Virus record (IMG/VR): IMGVR_UViG_3300027969_000052
Span: 1 to 64,000 of that record
Source: a virus
Length of the DNA: 64,000 nucleotides
Strand: one strand, 5' to 3'
The number at the start of each line of letters is the position of its first letter. Position 1 is the stretch's first letter. The translations under genes were made by a program, and so were the position numbers. The notes beneath the pieces were generated by a model. It was not told where the DNA came from, searched no databases, and saw nothing but the letters and a program-made list of their open reading frames with translations. Below are positions 28,203 to 37,295 of this stretch, piece after piece.

Positions 28203-28573
28203 GGCAGTATCTCTTTTTGCACTTCAGATTCTGTAGAATAGGTTGTTGATAATCCTAAAAAACTTGTTTTGAATCGATTAAAATTTAAAATTTCTGTAAC
28301 TAGTGCTGTAAGTTCTGTGCCATTTAAATCCTTAACTGTTGACAAAACATCAAAAGGATTGTATCCGTCAATTCTTGCCTGTAAGAACATAATGTATGCA
28401 ATCGTTTCTGATGACTCTTTACTAAACCCTCGGCTTTCAAAAAAACCTAGCATTGCAGTAAAGTCTGCATCATTCATCGGAAGTTCGTTGCTATAAAAGT
28501 TTGCAAGGCCTGTTCTTGAGGCATTTGCACTATCTGAGGTTGTCTTTTTTGGAATGTTGTTGTATACTAACAT
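28199..28573 (-). CDS. phage hypothetical protein
   Basis: 124-aa ORF within the tail/head operon. Confidence 0.7.
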   Translation of the reverse strand: MLVYNNIPKKTTSDSANASRTGLANFYSNELPMNDADFTAMLGFFESRGFSKESSETIAYIMFLQARIDGYNPFDVLSTVKDLNGTELTALVTEILNFNRFKTSFLGLSTTYSTESEVQKEILP

Positions 28574-28574
28574 A

Positions 28575-30140
28575 TTATTTGATTTCTAAGATTGATATTA
28601 ATTTTCTTTCAAGGTCTACTTGATTTTCTGTATTAAGTTTTAGATTAGCTTCTAATTTTACAGGATCTTCATATCCTTTCGAAGCATACTGAGCACGGAT
28701 AGCATCGGCTTCTGCTTGTCCGGATGTCTGTATTGCATCTTTATATTTCTGTTGTACTTCTGCATCAACCGATTTACTATAGTCTAATCTTTCTTGAATT
28801 TGTTTTGCGTTTGACGTTTGGGCATCTAATGCTCCTTGTACCTCTTCTTCGGTATTCAATTGTTTTATATCATCTGAACTATAATATGTTGTGTTTTGTC
28901 TAGCTTCGAGTGCGGCAGTATTGTTAACTCCAGTCGTAGATGCTGGTGCAGTTGGGGCGACATCGCCCGGTGATGCTGTTGCTTTATTAGGTATAAAATT
29001 TGAACCTACTAATATCGTGCCCGTCTTTGGTCCAAAGCCTAAACTCGAGCTTAACGAACCCAGACCTCCATTTAAAAATCCAGTAGCGCCACCGCCGAGT
29101 CCACCAAGAGCGCCTTGTAGTGCAGAATTTAAAATACTTTGTCCTTCTGCCCGTAGTCCTGCGGTTGTAATATTTCTAGCATTACGTAATAAATTTCCAG
29201 TTGAAGAGACCGCTCCGATTAAATTCAAAGGATTGCCGCTTAATCCTCTGCTTAATAAACCATCTTGCTCACCGAATATATCATTAACACCTGATATAAC
29301 ACCGCCAGGTCCAAAAATAGTATTTGTGCCACCGCCTGCAATACTTAATGGGCTCGGTGTTAAATCGTAATGGAACGTAGCGAATCCGGTCGGAGCATCG
29401 CGTCTTACTTTGCCTTCGCCGTAGAATACTGTTTCATATGCTACAGTCATTTTATTTGATGCAAATTTATTAGTTTGAGAATTATCTAATTGATCGTGTT
29501 CCCATGCGGTAATTAATGGATTAATAATTACATAACTCGTAAAACGTTTTTGATTTAACTGATATATCGTAATCGCATTAAAAAATGGTCTGCTTTGATT
29601 GTTGTTTAGTCCATACATCCCTGGGGTGCCGGCGCGACCGTCGGGACCCGTTGTATAAGAATCAATAGGTTGATACTTGTTATTTTTATAACCAGCCGGT
29701 TTATTTGATAGTTGGTCCAACATACCCACCTTTTGACCATACCACGTATCTCTATAGTAATAACGATAGTAATTAACCCATAGACTATTTGTAATATTAC
29801 TTTGATCATCGTGGAAAGAAAAACTAATAGGTTGATAAGTGATCTTTGATTGTACGTTAGTTTTTTTATTATATTGATTTAGTGTGTCGACTTGTATTTG
29901 GTACTTAGGTAAGTCACACGACTTAACAAGCATACCAGCTTCATAATCGCGTCTTTGATTTTTCCATTGTGCTTCTGTTATAGCACTAGGGTCAATGGAA
30001 AAGACCACGTAATACATCCAACTAGTTTTTGGTGCTAGTGCATAGTTATTATCGAGGTACAGACGGGTTGCATGTTGGAAATCGCGTAACTGATCTCCGG
30101 TATCAAAAAATTCGGTTAAGTAATCAACAATGTTTGGCAT
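28575..30140 (-). CDS. tail tube-like / baseplate-tube junction protein
   Basis: VKSCDLPKY...LNQYN...I.YQPISFSFHDD gp19/gp54-like fold with a Gly-rich extension; adjacent to the tail tube gene. Confidence 0.7.
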   Translation of the reverse strand: MPNIVDYLTEFFDTGDQLRDFQHATRLYLDNNYALAPKTSWMYYVVFSIDPSAITEAQWKNQRRDYEAGMLVKSCDLPKYQIQVDTLNQYNKKTNVQSKITYQPISFSFHDDQSNITNSLWVNYYRYYYRDTWYGQKVGMLDQLSNKPAGYKNNKYQPIDSYTTGPDGRAGTPGMYGLNNNQSRPFFNAITIYQLNQKRFTSYVIINPLITAWEHDQLDNSQTNKFASNKMTVAYETVFYGEGKVRRDAPTGFATFHYDLTPSPLSIAGGGTNTIFGPGGVISGVNDIFGEQDGLLSRGLSGNPLNLIGAVSSTGNLLRNARNITTAGLRAEGQSILNSALQGALGGLGGGATGFLNGGLGSLSSSLGFGPKTGTILVGSNFIPNKATASPGDVAPTAPASTTGVNNTAALEARQNTTYYSSDDIKQLNTEEEVQGALDAQTSNAKQIQERLDYSKSVDAEVQQKYKDAIQTSGQAEADAIRAQYASKGYEDPVKLEANLKLNTENQVDLERKLISILEIK

Positions 30141-30156
30141 AGTAATATTTAGTCGT

Positions 30157-30187
30157 AAAAAAAGACCCGTTATTATACAGGTCTTTT
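30157..30187 (-). terminator. rho-independent terminator after tail tube gene
   Basis: Minus strand aaaagacctgt...acgggtctttttt. Confidence 0.7.
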
Positions 30188-30209
30188 AATACTAACTGTA
30201 ATTTAAATT

Positions 30210-30839
30210 TTAGCCAGTAGCTAGAGTTCTAATAGTTCTTGCTACTTCTGAACCAATACCTACTCTTGCACCGCCTCGTCCTGACTGTAGTGCATTATCG
30301 TAAGCGATAGATAATGTAATATCCATTGCCTCAGATGAGCTGTAATCTGCTCCTTGATATTGAGCTTGTTTTAGGTAGCAACCGTACAATGTAAATTGTT
30401 CTAGTACGCTTTGATCACCTTGATAATTTCCGCCATTAGAACCATCTAAGATTTCAATCTTAGTTGTAAACTTATAATCGATACCAGAGCTTGCAGAACT
30501 TTGTTCAAAGAAATCAAACTGTTTCTGTAATTGCTCGCCTACTAGTTTCATAACTTGGTTGGTTGCATCGTCTCTAAGAACGATCGAAACGTCTTCCCAA
30601 CTATGTTTACCAGCATACTTTACTTTTGAGTTGTAAACATGTAATTCAACTTGGTCGAACGTAACTTGCGGACGGCCTGCTGAAACAACTTGTTTAGTCA
30701 TTTCTGAAGTTGGTTTGCTTACACCAAAATTTTCAAAAAGTACACGAAATCTGTACTTTAGTTTTGGCATTAACAGACCTTGACTTTGATTACTCTGCGG
30801 TACTGGTACTGATAATTTACTTAATCCTGCGATAGCCAT
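30210..30839 (-). CDS. gp19: tail tube protein (T4 gp19-like)
   Basis: PKLKYRFRV, KYAGKHSWEDVSIVLRDD, FTLYGCY, IAYDNA; directly after the sheath gene; AAGGAG SD. Confidence 0.85.
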   Translation of the reverse strand: MAIAGLSKLSVPVPQSNQSQGLLMPKLKYRFRVLFENFGVSKPTSEMTKQVVSAGRPQVTFDQVELHVYNSKVKYAGKHSWEDVSIVLRDDATNQVMKLVGEQLQKQFDFFEQSSASSGIDYKFTTKIEILDGSNGGNYQGDQSVLEQFTLYGCYLKQAQYQGADYSSSEAMDITLSIAYDNALQSGRGGARVGIGSEVARTIRTLATG

Positions 30840-30879
30840 AATATATGTGCTCCTTGTTCCTTAATATTTACCATTCCCA

Positions 30880-33800
30880 TTAACCGTTGGTCTGTAGGCC
30901 AAAGTTACCTGACTTAATTGCGCCAGTGTTTAGCAAGCGAACTGGGATGTAAATGAATTCGACTGCTTTGACAGGTTCAACAGCAATATCAATCCATAGC
31001 TCAGAACGATCAATTCTGGTAGGAGTATTATTGCTTTCATCGCACACTACGATGTAATCGTATAATGCACGTTGACCTACTAATTCTAACAAGAAACTGT
31101 CAACTGCGTTTTTGGCTTCGTTACGTGTTAGCTGGTCATTTGGTTCGAACAGGAATGGACGAACTAAAACATCTAACTGTCTACGTAGGAATGCTACAAG
31201 ACGTGCAACATTAATTCTGTCTAATGAGCTAGATGCTCTTGCACGACTGTAATTACCAAAGTTTAAAATGCCTGCACCGTTAAGTGTTGCAATTGGGTTA
31301 ACTTTAACACCAGCTAATACATCACGCAAACCTTGCGGTAATGCGGCTTGTGTAAACTCGCCTTCAGTGCTAATATAACCAACTGCTGTAGCATTATCAA
31401 CACCACCTCGACGTGATCCTGCTGGAGCAAACCATTGGTAGCTCTTTTGATCGCTTGTGATGAATGTACGTAACATCATATGACTTGGCGGAACAACAAT
31501 ATAGTTTCCTAGATTATCGTTTGTATAACCGCTTGGGTAGAACATAGCCATGTACTCGTCGTAACTAACGCCACCTTTTTCATTATTATCAAGTGCTTTG
31601 TTACTGTTGCTACCCCATGCCGCTAAATCTGTACCAGTAGCAGGTAAGCGGAATGGTGTGTCGCCAATAACAAACGCTGTTTGAGCGCGATCTGTGTTTA
31701 ATCCAATCATGTTTTGAATTACTTCAGGGTATCCTGGGCAAGCAATTAGATTGTAGATCAACGTATCAGTATCGCGAATCTGTTGATTAGTATCAATTTC
31801 AGCTTTTAATGAAGCAACAACAAAACTACGTTGTGCGTGTGGGCCAAAAGAGCCAGCGCCGTTTTCTTGATTAGGACTTACAGTAACCCAACGATCTGGA
31901 TTGTATGGAGTAGTTGCATTAGAACCGTCCATCGGCTCGTCATTGTAACGAGCATTAGTACCGTTGTTGCTGTAAATGTCAATATGATTCATTACGTATT
32001 TTTTAACGTTGAATCCTGAACGACGTAAATTCCATAACCGTGTGCCACGTGGATATAGTGCTGGATTAGGAGCATCTGGATCAACATAATCGTACGATAA
32101 TAGGGTTTGTATAGAATCTGCATTAACATCGTCGCCTGCACCGCTCCAACGAGCATCTGCAAATACCCAACCATTCGGACTAGTTTGATCTGCTACATCT
32201 TGTTCTTCCCAACGTAATGTTACACCGTTGAATATATAGATATATTGTCCGTATTCGGAAATATTAGATGTTTTAATCCAGATATCGCCATTAACTAGTG
32301 CTGTACCATCTGTTTGTGTTGTTGGCTCGCTGGCCGCAAGGATCGGGCCGGTTGGATTTGATGTTGGGAATGCATTTTTGTATCCCTTCCATGTAGTACC
32401 GTTATGGTACATAATATCAACTTCGTCGATTACTGAACTGTACCATAATTGGCCATCTTCTGGAGATGTTGAAGGAGCACTAGAACTAGCAGTATACACT
32501 AAAGGTTCCCAGTTACTGGCTTTAAAGTCATAACCGTCAACTTCTTTAGATCCTGCCGCATAGTAATTTTCACTGCCTGCCCAAGTATCTGTACCTGAAT
32601 TATAAGCATACGCTGTAAATCCAGCCGCATTTAAAATTCCGCTATTATCGCCGAATTTAATTTCGCCACCTAATCTGTGATTAATACTAATTGTTCTGTC
32701 ACCGTTAACTGATGCAGAAACGTTTGTAAATCCTGCGGCATTAATTTGTGTTACTAGTGCTTCAATAGTAGTTCCATTTAATGTGATGGACTTTTCGTTG
32801 TCTAATAGATATTGATTAGCTAGGCTTTCTTTAATTGTTAATACAGCACCATTAGGTAAAACAGGTGCAACTGTTTTAACTTCGCTAGTAATAGTCGTTG
32901 GACTAACTGCCGCACGTCGTTGGATACGGAAATCAACAAACTTAGAGTAGTTGCTACTAGTCGTTGCTGTACCGTTGCCATGATTAAAGTTTGCTTCTAC
33001 AAATAATGTACCTACAGCAATCTTTGTACCGCCCGTTTTGTCGATTCCATAGATCGCATCTTCTGCGGTAGCATAAATTGGTGCCGCTACTTGATTAAAT
33101 GCTTGTGCAGTTGCACTATATTGTTTTAATGTCCAGCTTGCACCGTCATTTGGGCTAGTTGTTTTAACATAAACAGATCCAGAAGGTTTTACGGAGTAAT
33201 CTGGGTATTGTGTATGTGGAGCAAGTGTTAACGCAGGTCCTGCGTATGTACTCGCCACTAGGCCTGCCGCGGCTAATGTAGACGCTGTACCTGTTAGAGT
33301 AATTTGACCAGGAGTTGCATCAACATACAACTCTAATTGATTCTGGCTATTAACCTTTGCACCAATGCCGCTAGTTCTTAAAGTACTATTGATGCTCTGT
33401 GCGATTGTTGCAACAGTCGAAGCTGTTGTAACTGCAATATTATTAGAGTTAATTGTAAGATTACCTGCCGCAGTTAAGAATGACGGACTTGTCGTTGTTC
33501 CTTTTACTGCTGGCCAGCTTGTTTGCCATGTAGTTGAAACAAAAGTAGAAACGTTTGCATTACTAGCAAAAGCAGTTTCACCAGATGATCCAACAGAAAC
33601 CCAAGTTCCGTCGCTATTCTTGTAGCTAGTTAGGTTGCGGTTACCTTTATCTGTTGTAATAACATATGATCCAACAGCGCCAAAACTTGATTTAAGTGTT
33701 ATGCCGTCGCCGTTTGTTGTATAAAGAGATGCATTAGAGTCGTCAATAATAGTAGGAACTTTATTTGTGAAAACTCCAGTAGCCTTGTTCCATTCAAAAA

Positions 33801-34239
33801 TACCGAATTTAGTATTTGAAGTGTCAAACCAGTAGCTTGAAGATGCTGGAGGACCATTTGGTACGCTGGCTTGCGGTACTAGTTGTGTTAGATCTATATC
33901 TGCTCTTACAACGTAGGCTTTTGAGCTCACACCTAACAATGAGTAAGCGGCTTGTAATCCGTATTCGTTTAATTCTCCGCCGTGAACTGGATTGTTGTTC
34001 ACGTCTCTGTAAAACTTTGGTGTTCCAAAAGTATCAGTTAAATCACGTTGACTTGTGATAGTCCATACTCTGCTCTTATAAGCACTAGTTGTTCCAGGTG
34101 CTGTACCTGTGCTAGATGCATTTGCTTTGTTGGCGCCAGTGGCAACGATAACTAGAGGCACAGTTCCCGGTGCCGCTGGAGTGTAAAAACTCTCGTTAAT
34201 AATGTTTACTGATACGCCTGGTGAATTTAATGTGGCCAT
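30880..34239 (-). CDS. gp18: tail sheath protein (T4 gp18-like) with large insertions
   Basis: L.SPGV at the N-terminus, FGTP, WFAPAG.RRG, DRINVARL, FLFEPND...TR, VCDESNNTP, PVKAVEFIYI; GGAGA SD favours ATG 34239. Confidence 0.95.
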   Translation of the reverse strand: MATLNSPGVSVNIINESFYTPAAPGTVPLVIVATGANKANASSTGTAPGTTSAYKSRVWTITSQRDLTDTFGTPKFYRDVNNNPVHGGELNEYGLQAAYSLLGVSSKAYVVRADIDLTQLVPQASVPNGPPASSSYWFDTSNTKFGIFEWNKATGVFTNKVPTIIDDSNASLYTTNGDGITLKSSFGAVGSYVITTDKGNRNLTSYKNSDGTWVSVGSSGETAFASNANVSTFVSTTWQTSWPAVKGTTTSPSFLTAAGNLTINSNNIAVTTASTVATIAQSINSTLRTSGIGAKVNSQNQLELYVDATPGQITLTGTASTLAAAGLVASTYAGPALTLAPHTQYPDYSVKPSGSVYVKTTSPNDGASWTLKQYSATAQAFNQVAAPIYATAEDAIYGIDKTGGTKIAVGTLFVEANFNHGNGTATTSSNYSKFVDFRIQRRAAVSPTTITSEVKTVAPVLPNGAVLTIKESLANQYLLDNEKSITLNGTTIEALVTQINAAGFTNVSASVNGDRTISINHRLGGEIKFGDNSGILNAAGFTAYAYNSGTDTWAGSENYYAAGSKEVDGYDFKASNWEPLVYTASSSAPSTSPEDGQLWYSSVIDEVDIMYHNGTTWKGYKNAFPTSNPTGPILAASEPTTQTDGTALVNGDIWIKTSNISEYGQYIYIFNGVTLRWEEQDVADQTSPNGWVFADARWSGAGDDVNADSIQTLLSYDYVDPDAPNPALYPRGTRLWNLRRSGFNVKKYVMNHIDIYSNNGTNARYNDEPMDGSNATTPYNPDRWVTVSPNQENGAGSFGPHAQRSFVVASLKAEIDTNQQIRDTDTLIYNLIACPGYPEVIQNMIGLNTDRAQTAFVIGDTPFRLPATGTDLAAWGSNSNKALDNNEKGGVSYDEYMAMFYPSGYTNDNLGNYIVVPPSHMMLRTFITSDQKSYQWFAPAGSRRGGVDNATAVGYISTEGEFTQAALPQGLRDVLAGVKVNPIATLNGAGILNFGNYSRARASSSLDRINVARLVAFLRRQLDVLVRPFLFEPNDQLTRNEAKNAVDSFLLELVGQRALYDYIVVCDESNNTPTRIDRSELWIDIAVEPVKAVEFIYIPVRLLNTGAIKSGNFGLQTNG

Positions 34240-34343
34240 TCTTTCCATCTCCCATACAATGGTTTTTATTGTATCAGTATTTAGTGGTTGTTCCGGATTT
34301 CAGTAGGTTAAATACCTATGAAAAGGGCATAAAAAGGGCGGGT

Positions 34344-34682
34344 ATGATTAGAAGTTTGTGTAAAAAGTGTAACGAGAGACCTGTTGCTATCAATTACCGT
34401 AAAGAAGGTAGGATATTCTACAGAACTATGTGTGACCACTGTTCCAGAGGCCGACATATAGGAAAGTCTAAATGGGAGTTAGCCGGCTATAAGAAAAAAG
34501 ATACCTGCGACCGTTGTTCTTTTACTGGGAAATATCAAGAGCAATTTAACGTATACTACGTCGACGGGGACCCAAATAATTGTAAATTTGGAAACCTAAA
34601 AACAGTATGCGCTAATTGCCAGCGCATACTTCATAAACTCAAGCTACCTTGGAGACGGGGTGATCTTCGACCAGATTTTTAA
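34344..34682 (+). CDS. HNH-like zinc-binding protein
   Basis: Four CxxC pairs and YYVDGDPNN...NLKTVCANCQR; the expected catalytic His (HxDG) is Tyr. Confidence 0.7.
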   Translation: MIRSLCKKCNERPVAINYRKEGRIFYRTMCDHCSRGRHIGKSKWELAGYKKKDTCDRCSFTGKYQEQFNVYYVDGDPNNCKFGNLKTVCANCQRILHKLKLPWRRGDLRPDF

Positions 34683-35295
34683 CTTGTTCAAACAGGTCAT
34701 CAATTGTAGTATTGTTATCTAACACGGCATCAAACTTAGTTCCTACCCAAGCAGTTTCACTTGCATGAATACCTAATTTTTCAAGTCTATTCCTGCTAGT
34801 TGCCCACGAGAAATTGCCAGCATCACCCTTGTTAGCATTAATAGCATCATCGTACCATTCGGGTTCCGGGCCACGGGAAACCCGTATTACAAGGCCTCCT
34901 GCGGCCTTAATTGATTTAATTTCGTTAGGAAAACGACAGTCACTAATAACAATATCATCTTTGCTGTTACGTAATTTGTTTTCTAAACTAGCGATCCAAA
35001 TATCATCGTGGAAGCTCTTACGACATACTTCTGTGCCCCAATGTTGTAGCACCCAACGTGGAGTCAGGGTAGGCATTTTTAAACGTTCTGCCCACCACGG
35101 ATCTACTTGTTCGCGCCATGCACGAGCTTGTGTAGTGCGTCCTTCTAGCATTGTACGATCCCAACCAAATACTTGGGCAACAGCATCTTTTAAACTGTTG
35201 GCAAAACTTTCTCGTCTAAAACCGTGGAAATTTGTTAGATAGTCAGCAATAGTATCTTTGCCGGACCCAATAAAACCGCACACACCAATAATCAT
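34639..35295 (-). CDS. gp1: deoxynucleoside monophosphate kinase (T4 gp1-like)
   Basis: GFIGSGKDT, SFA..LK, TPR.VLQ.WGTEV.R, ISDCRFPNE, HASE. Confidence 0.92.
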   Translation of the reverse strand: MIIGVCGFIGSGKDTIADYLTNFHGFRRESFANSLKDAVAQVFGWDRTMLEGRTTQARAWREQVDPWWAERLKMPTLTPRWVLQHWGTEVCRKSFHDDIWIASLENKLRNSKDDIVISDCRFPNEIKSIKAAGGLVIRVSRGPEPEWYDDAINANKGDAGNFSWATSRNRLEKLGIHASETAWVGTKFDAVLDNNTTIDDLFEQVKNLVEDHPVSKVA

Positions 35296-35317
35296 AGTAT
35301 CCCCTAACTGATACTTT

Positions 35318-35346
35318 ATTGTATTACAAAGTGATTACAAAGTCAA
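35318..35346 (-). promoter_or_regulatory. sigma70-type promoter for dNMP kinase
   Basis: TTGACT (35346-35341), 17 nt, TACAAT (35323-35318). Confidence 0.7.
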
Positions 35347-35348
35347 TG

Positions 35349-35735
35349 CTATTTGGATTTTTTGGATGTATTACGTGGATTCCAGTTCGATACTGGACTT
35401 TGAGTGTAGGTGTCGTCTAACTCTTTACTTTTTAGATCACCATTGTTTAAATCTTGGAAGTCTGCACCCACCGCGTTGGCCGCCTGTATAAACATTTGTT
35501 GTTCTAAAGGCGAAAATGGCTGTACTGTTTTCTTTTTACCGTGCCAACTTTTTGCGTCCATATCTAACGGCTTCTTTGATCCGTCAGCCATGGCCATTGC
35601 TTGCCCTAATTTAAATGAAACATAGTCTCCACTGATGTGCTCAATGTCGCCATATGTATTGATTCCGATGCTAGATTGCTGATCGTGCTTAGTAATCTTG
35701 CCTATCTTTCTTTCAAATAAATCACGTATTTTCAT
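35349..35735 (-). CDS. hypothetical protein, possible internal head protein
   Basis: N-terminus MKIRDLFE; lies in the neck-gene operon. Confidence 0.7.
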   Translation of the reverse strand: MKIRDLFERKIGKITKHDQQSSIGINTYGDIEHISGDYVSFKLGQAMAMADGSKKPLDMDAKSWHGKKKTVQPFSPLEQQMFIQAANAVGADFQDLNNGDLKSKELDDTYTQSPVSNWNPRNTSKKSK

Positions 35736-35744
35736 TTTTTTACC

Positions 35745-36509
35745 TTATGCCAGTGCTACCGGGTTCATTAGTTGACCAGTTACTAGGTTTTTCTTTTCCC
35801 AATGTAAATGGGGTCCAGTAGATCGGCCAGCTCCTGGATCACCTTTTTTGCCGCCGGTCAGCCCAACGACGTCGCCTTGGGAAACTTCTTGTCCTACTTT
35901 TACGTCGATATTAGAACAGTGACAGAATCTATGTTGTATTTTACCATTTGAAATTGCGATCGTGCCCCCGCATACAGGAGATTCAGGCGTTGCCTGCGTG
36001 ACCTTTCCCGATATTGGAGCCTTTATAGGTGTTCCTTTGCCTGCAGGAATATCTACACCGGCATGAGATTGAGGTTGACCTGTGACTGGATTGATTCGAT
36101 TACCGAAAGGACTACTTACAGAACCATTCACAGGTTTTATCTCCGGTGAGCTAGCAGAGGGGTTATTTGATGCGGGAGTAGTAATTGCGGGAGTAGTAGT
36201 TGCAGGAGTAGTAGTTGCAGGCTTTGGTAAATTAGCTACAGATGCCTGTGCTCGCTGTCTTGTAGGATCGTCAATGTTTGGATTAGGACCTGTTTTTACA
36301 GATCCAGCAACTGGTGGTTTACCTTTAAACTGTCCAGTAACTATATTATACAATGTATCCCCAGTTGCCACAGTATAAGTGTTCCCGCCTGGTAGAGTTA
36401 GTTGTTGTCCTACTTTAATTAAATTAGGATTTGCAATGCCATTAGCAGAGGCTACTTTTTTCACAAGCGACATAGCCGATTCTTCTTTGAGAAATTCTCT
36501 GGCTCTCAT
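35745..36509 (-). CDS. LysM + M23 peptidoglycan endopeptidase
   Basis: NGIANPNLIKVGQQLTLP and YTVATGDTLY (LysM); HAGVD (HxxxD), GRSTGPHLHWE (HxH) M23 motifs. Confidence 0.92.
   Translation of the reverse strand: MRAREFLKEESAMSLVKKVASANGIANPNLIKVGQQLTLPGGNTYTVATGDTLYNIVTGQFKGKPPVAGSVKTGPNPNIDDPTRQRAQASVANLPKPATTTPATTTPAITTPASNNPSASSPEIKPVNGSVSSPFGNRINPVTGQPQSHAGVDIPAGKGTPIKAPISGKVTQATPESPVCGGTIAISNGKIQHRFCHCSNIDVKVGQEVSQGDVVGLTGGKKGDPGAGRSTGPHLHWEKKNLVTGQLMNPVALA
36171..36221. repeat. 15-bp tandem repeat encoding the PATTT linker
   Basis: tgcgggagtagtaat / tgcgggagtagtagt / tgcaggagtagtagt / tgcagg. Confidence 0.85.
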
Positions 36510-36510
36510 A

Positions 36511-37269
36511 TTAGCCTCTTACAAACCACATCGGAGTTTCTCCGCTAGCATAGTTTATTATGTCTTGTTCTAATTTTTCAATTGCGGCCGCACCTTCGGC
36601 TTTTAGCGCATCACCGTTAAGTTGCGTTCCTCCTTGAGGACCTGCGATTTGAGCAAATTTAGAACGTGCTTCGCCTAGTATCATTTTACATTGTGCGAGA
36701 GAATAATCTTTAATCCACAGGCCTGCAAAATTATCTTGTAATAGTGTAAATTCCGGACGACTGTTTGTTACCCATAATAACAATATTTCTTGTCCCCTAG
36801 GACGTTGTTGTATTGTTAACTTTTTTGATGTAGAATTAAAGTTAAACATGATATAACTACCAAACATTTTACCAACTAGCTTTTGGTAGCCTGCAAATAA
36901 TTCGTAAGTTGCTAAACCGCCCATATTACTAGAACTTAACAAATATGTGTTTGTATATGCTAAATTAAATGGTTCAAATAATGTGCCGCCATCACCGCCA
37001 CCTGTTCTAGAACCAATACTTCTACGAAATACTTCACGGACACTAGTAACTTCTGGTGCTAATGTATATTCGTTAACATCAGTATCAAGCGTAAGAAAAC
37101 AGTAGCTTTCTTCTACAGAATTGCTACTACGTTGACGGTATTTTGCTAGGGCGCGATCAATAGCTGTTTTATAATGTATAGGATCTAGTTCGACATCGAC
37201 CATGCCTTCGCCTAGCATTGCTTTACAATAATCAGTTATTTCCTTGCGGGCTGTTTGAATATCACTCAT
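36511..37269 (-). CDS. gp13: neck protein (T4 gp13-like)
   Basis: LG..MVDVEL, WIKDYSLA..K..LGEARSKF..IAGPQGG..LNG. Confidence 0.85.
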   Translation of the reverse strand: MSDIQTARKEITDYCKAMLGEGMVDVELDPIHYKTAIDRALAKYRQRSSNSVEESYCFLTLDTDVNEYTLAPEVTSVREVFRRSIGSRTGGGDGGTLFEPFNLAYTNTYLLSSSNMGGLATYELFAGYQKLVGKMFGSYIMFNFNSTSKKLTIQQRPRGQEILLLWVTNSRPEFTLLQDNFAGLWIKDYSLAQCKMILGEARSKFAQIAGPQGGTQLNGDALKAEGAAAIEKLEQDIINYASGETPMWFVRG

Positions 37270-37274
37270 GCTTA

Positions 37275-37288
37275 TATTTAGTTAAATA
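37275..37288. promoter_or_regulatory. back-to-back late promoters (tattta-gt-taaata)
   Basis: Near-palindrome; 5 nt to ATG 37269 (minus) and 7 nt to ATG 37296 (plus). Confidence 0.75.
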
Positions 37289-37295
37289 CATTACT

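Noticed and set aside
34221-37295. Upstream-extended starts in the ORF track (34221, 37218; likewise 8575, 12577, 25852)
   Set aside because: The extensions run through promoters, terminators or opposite-strand genes; downstream ATGs next to TAAATA motifs fit better
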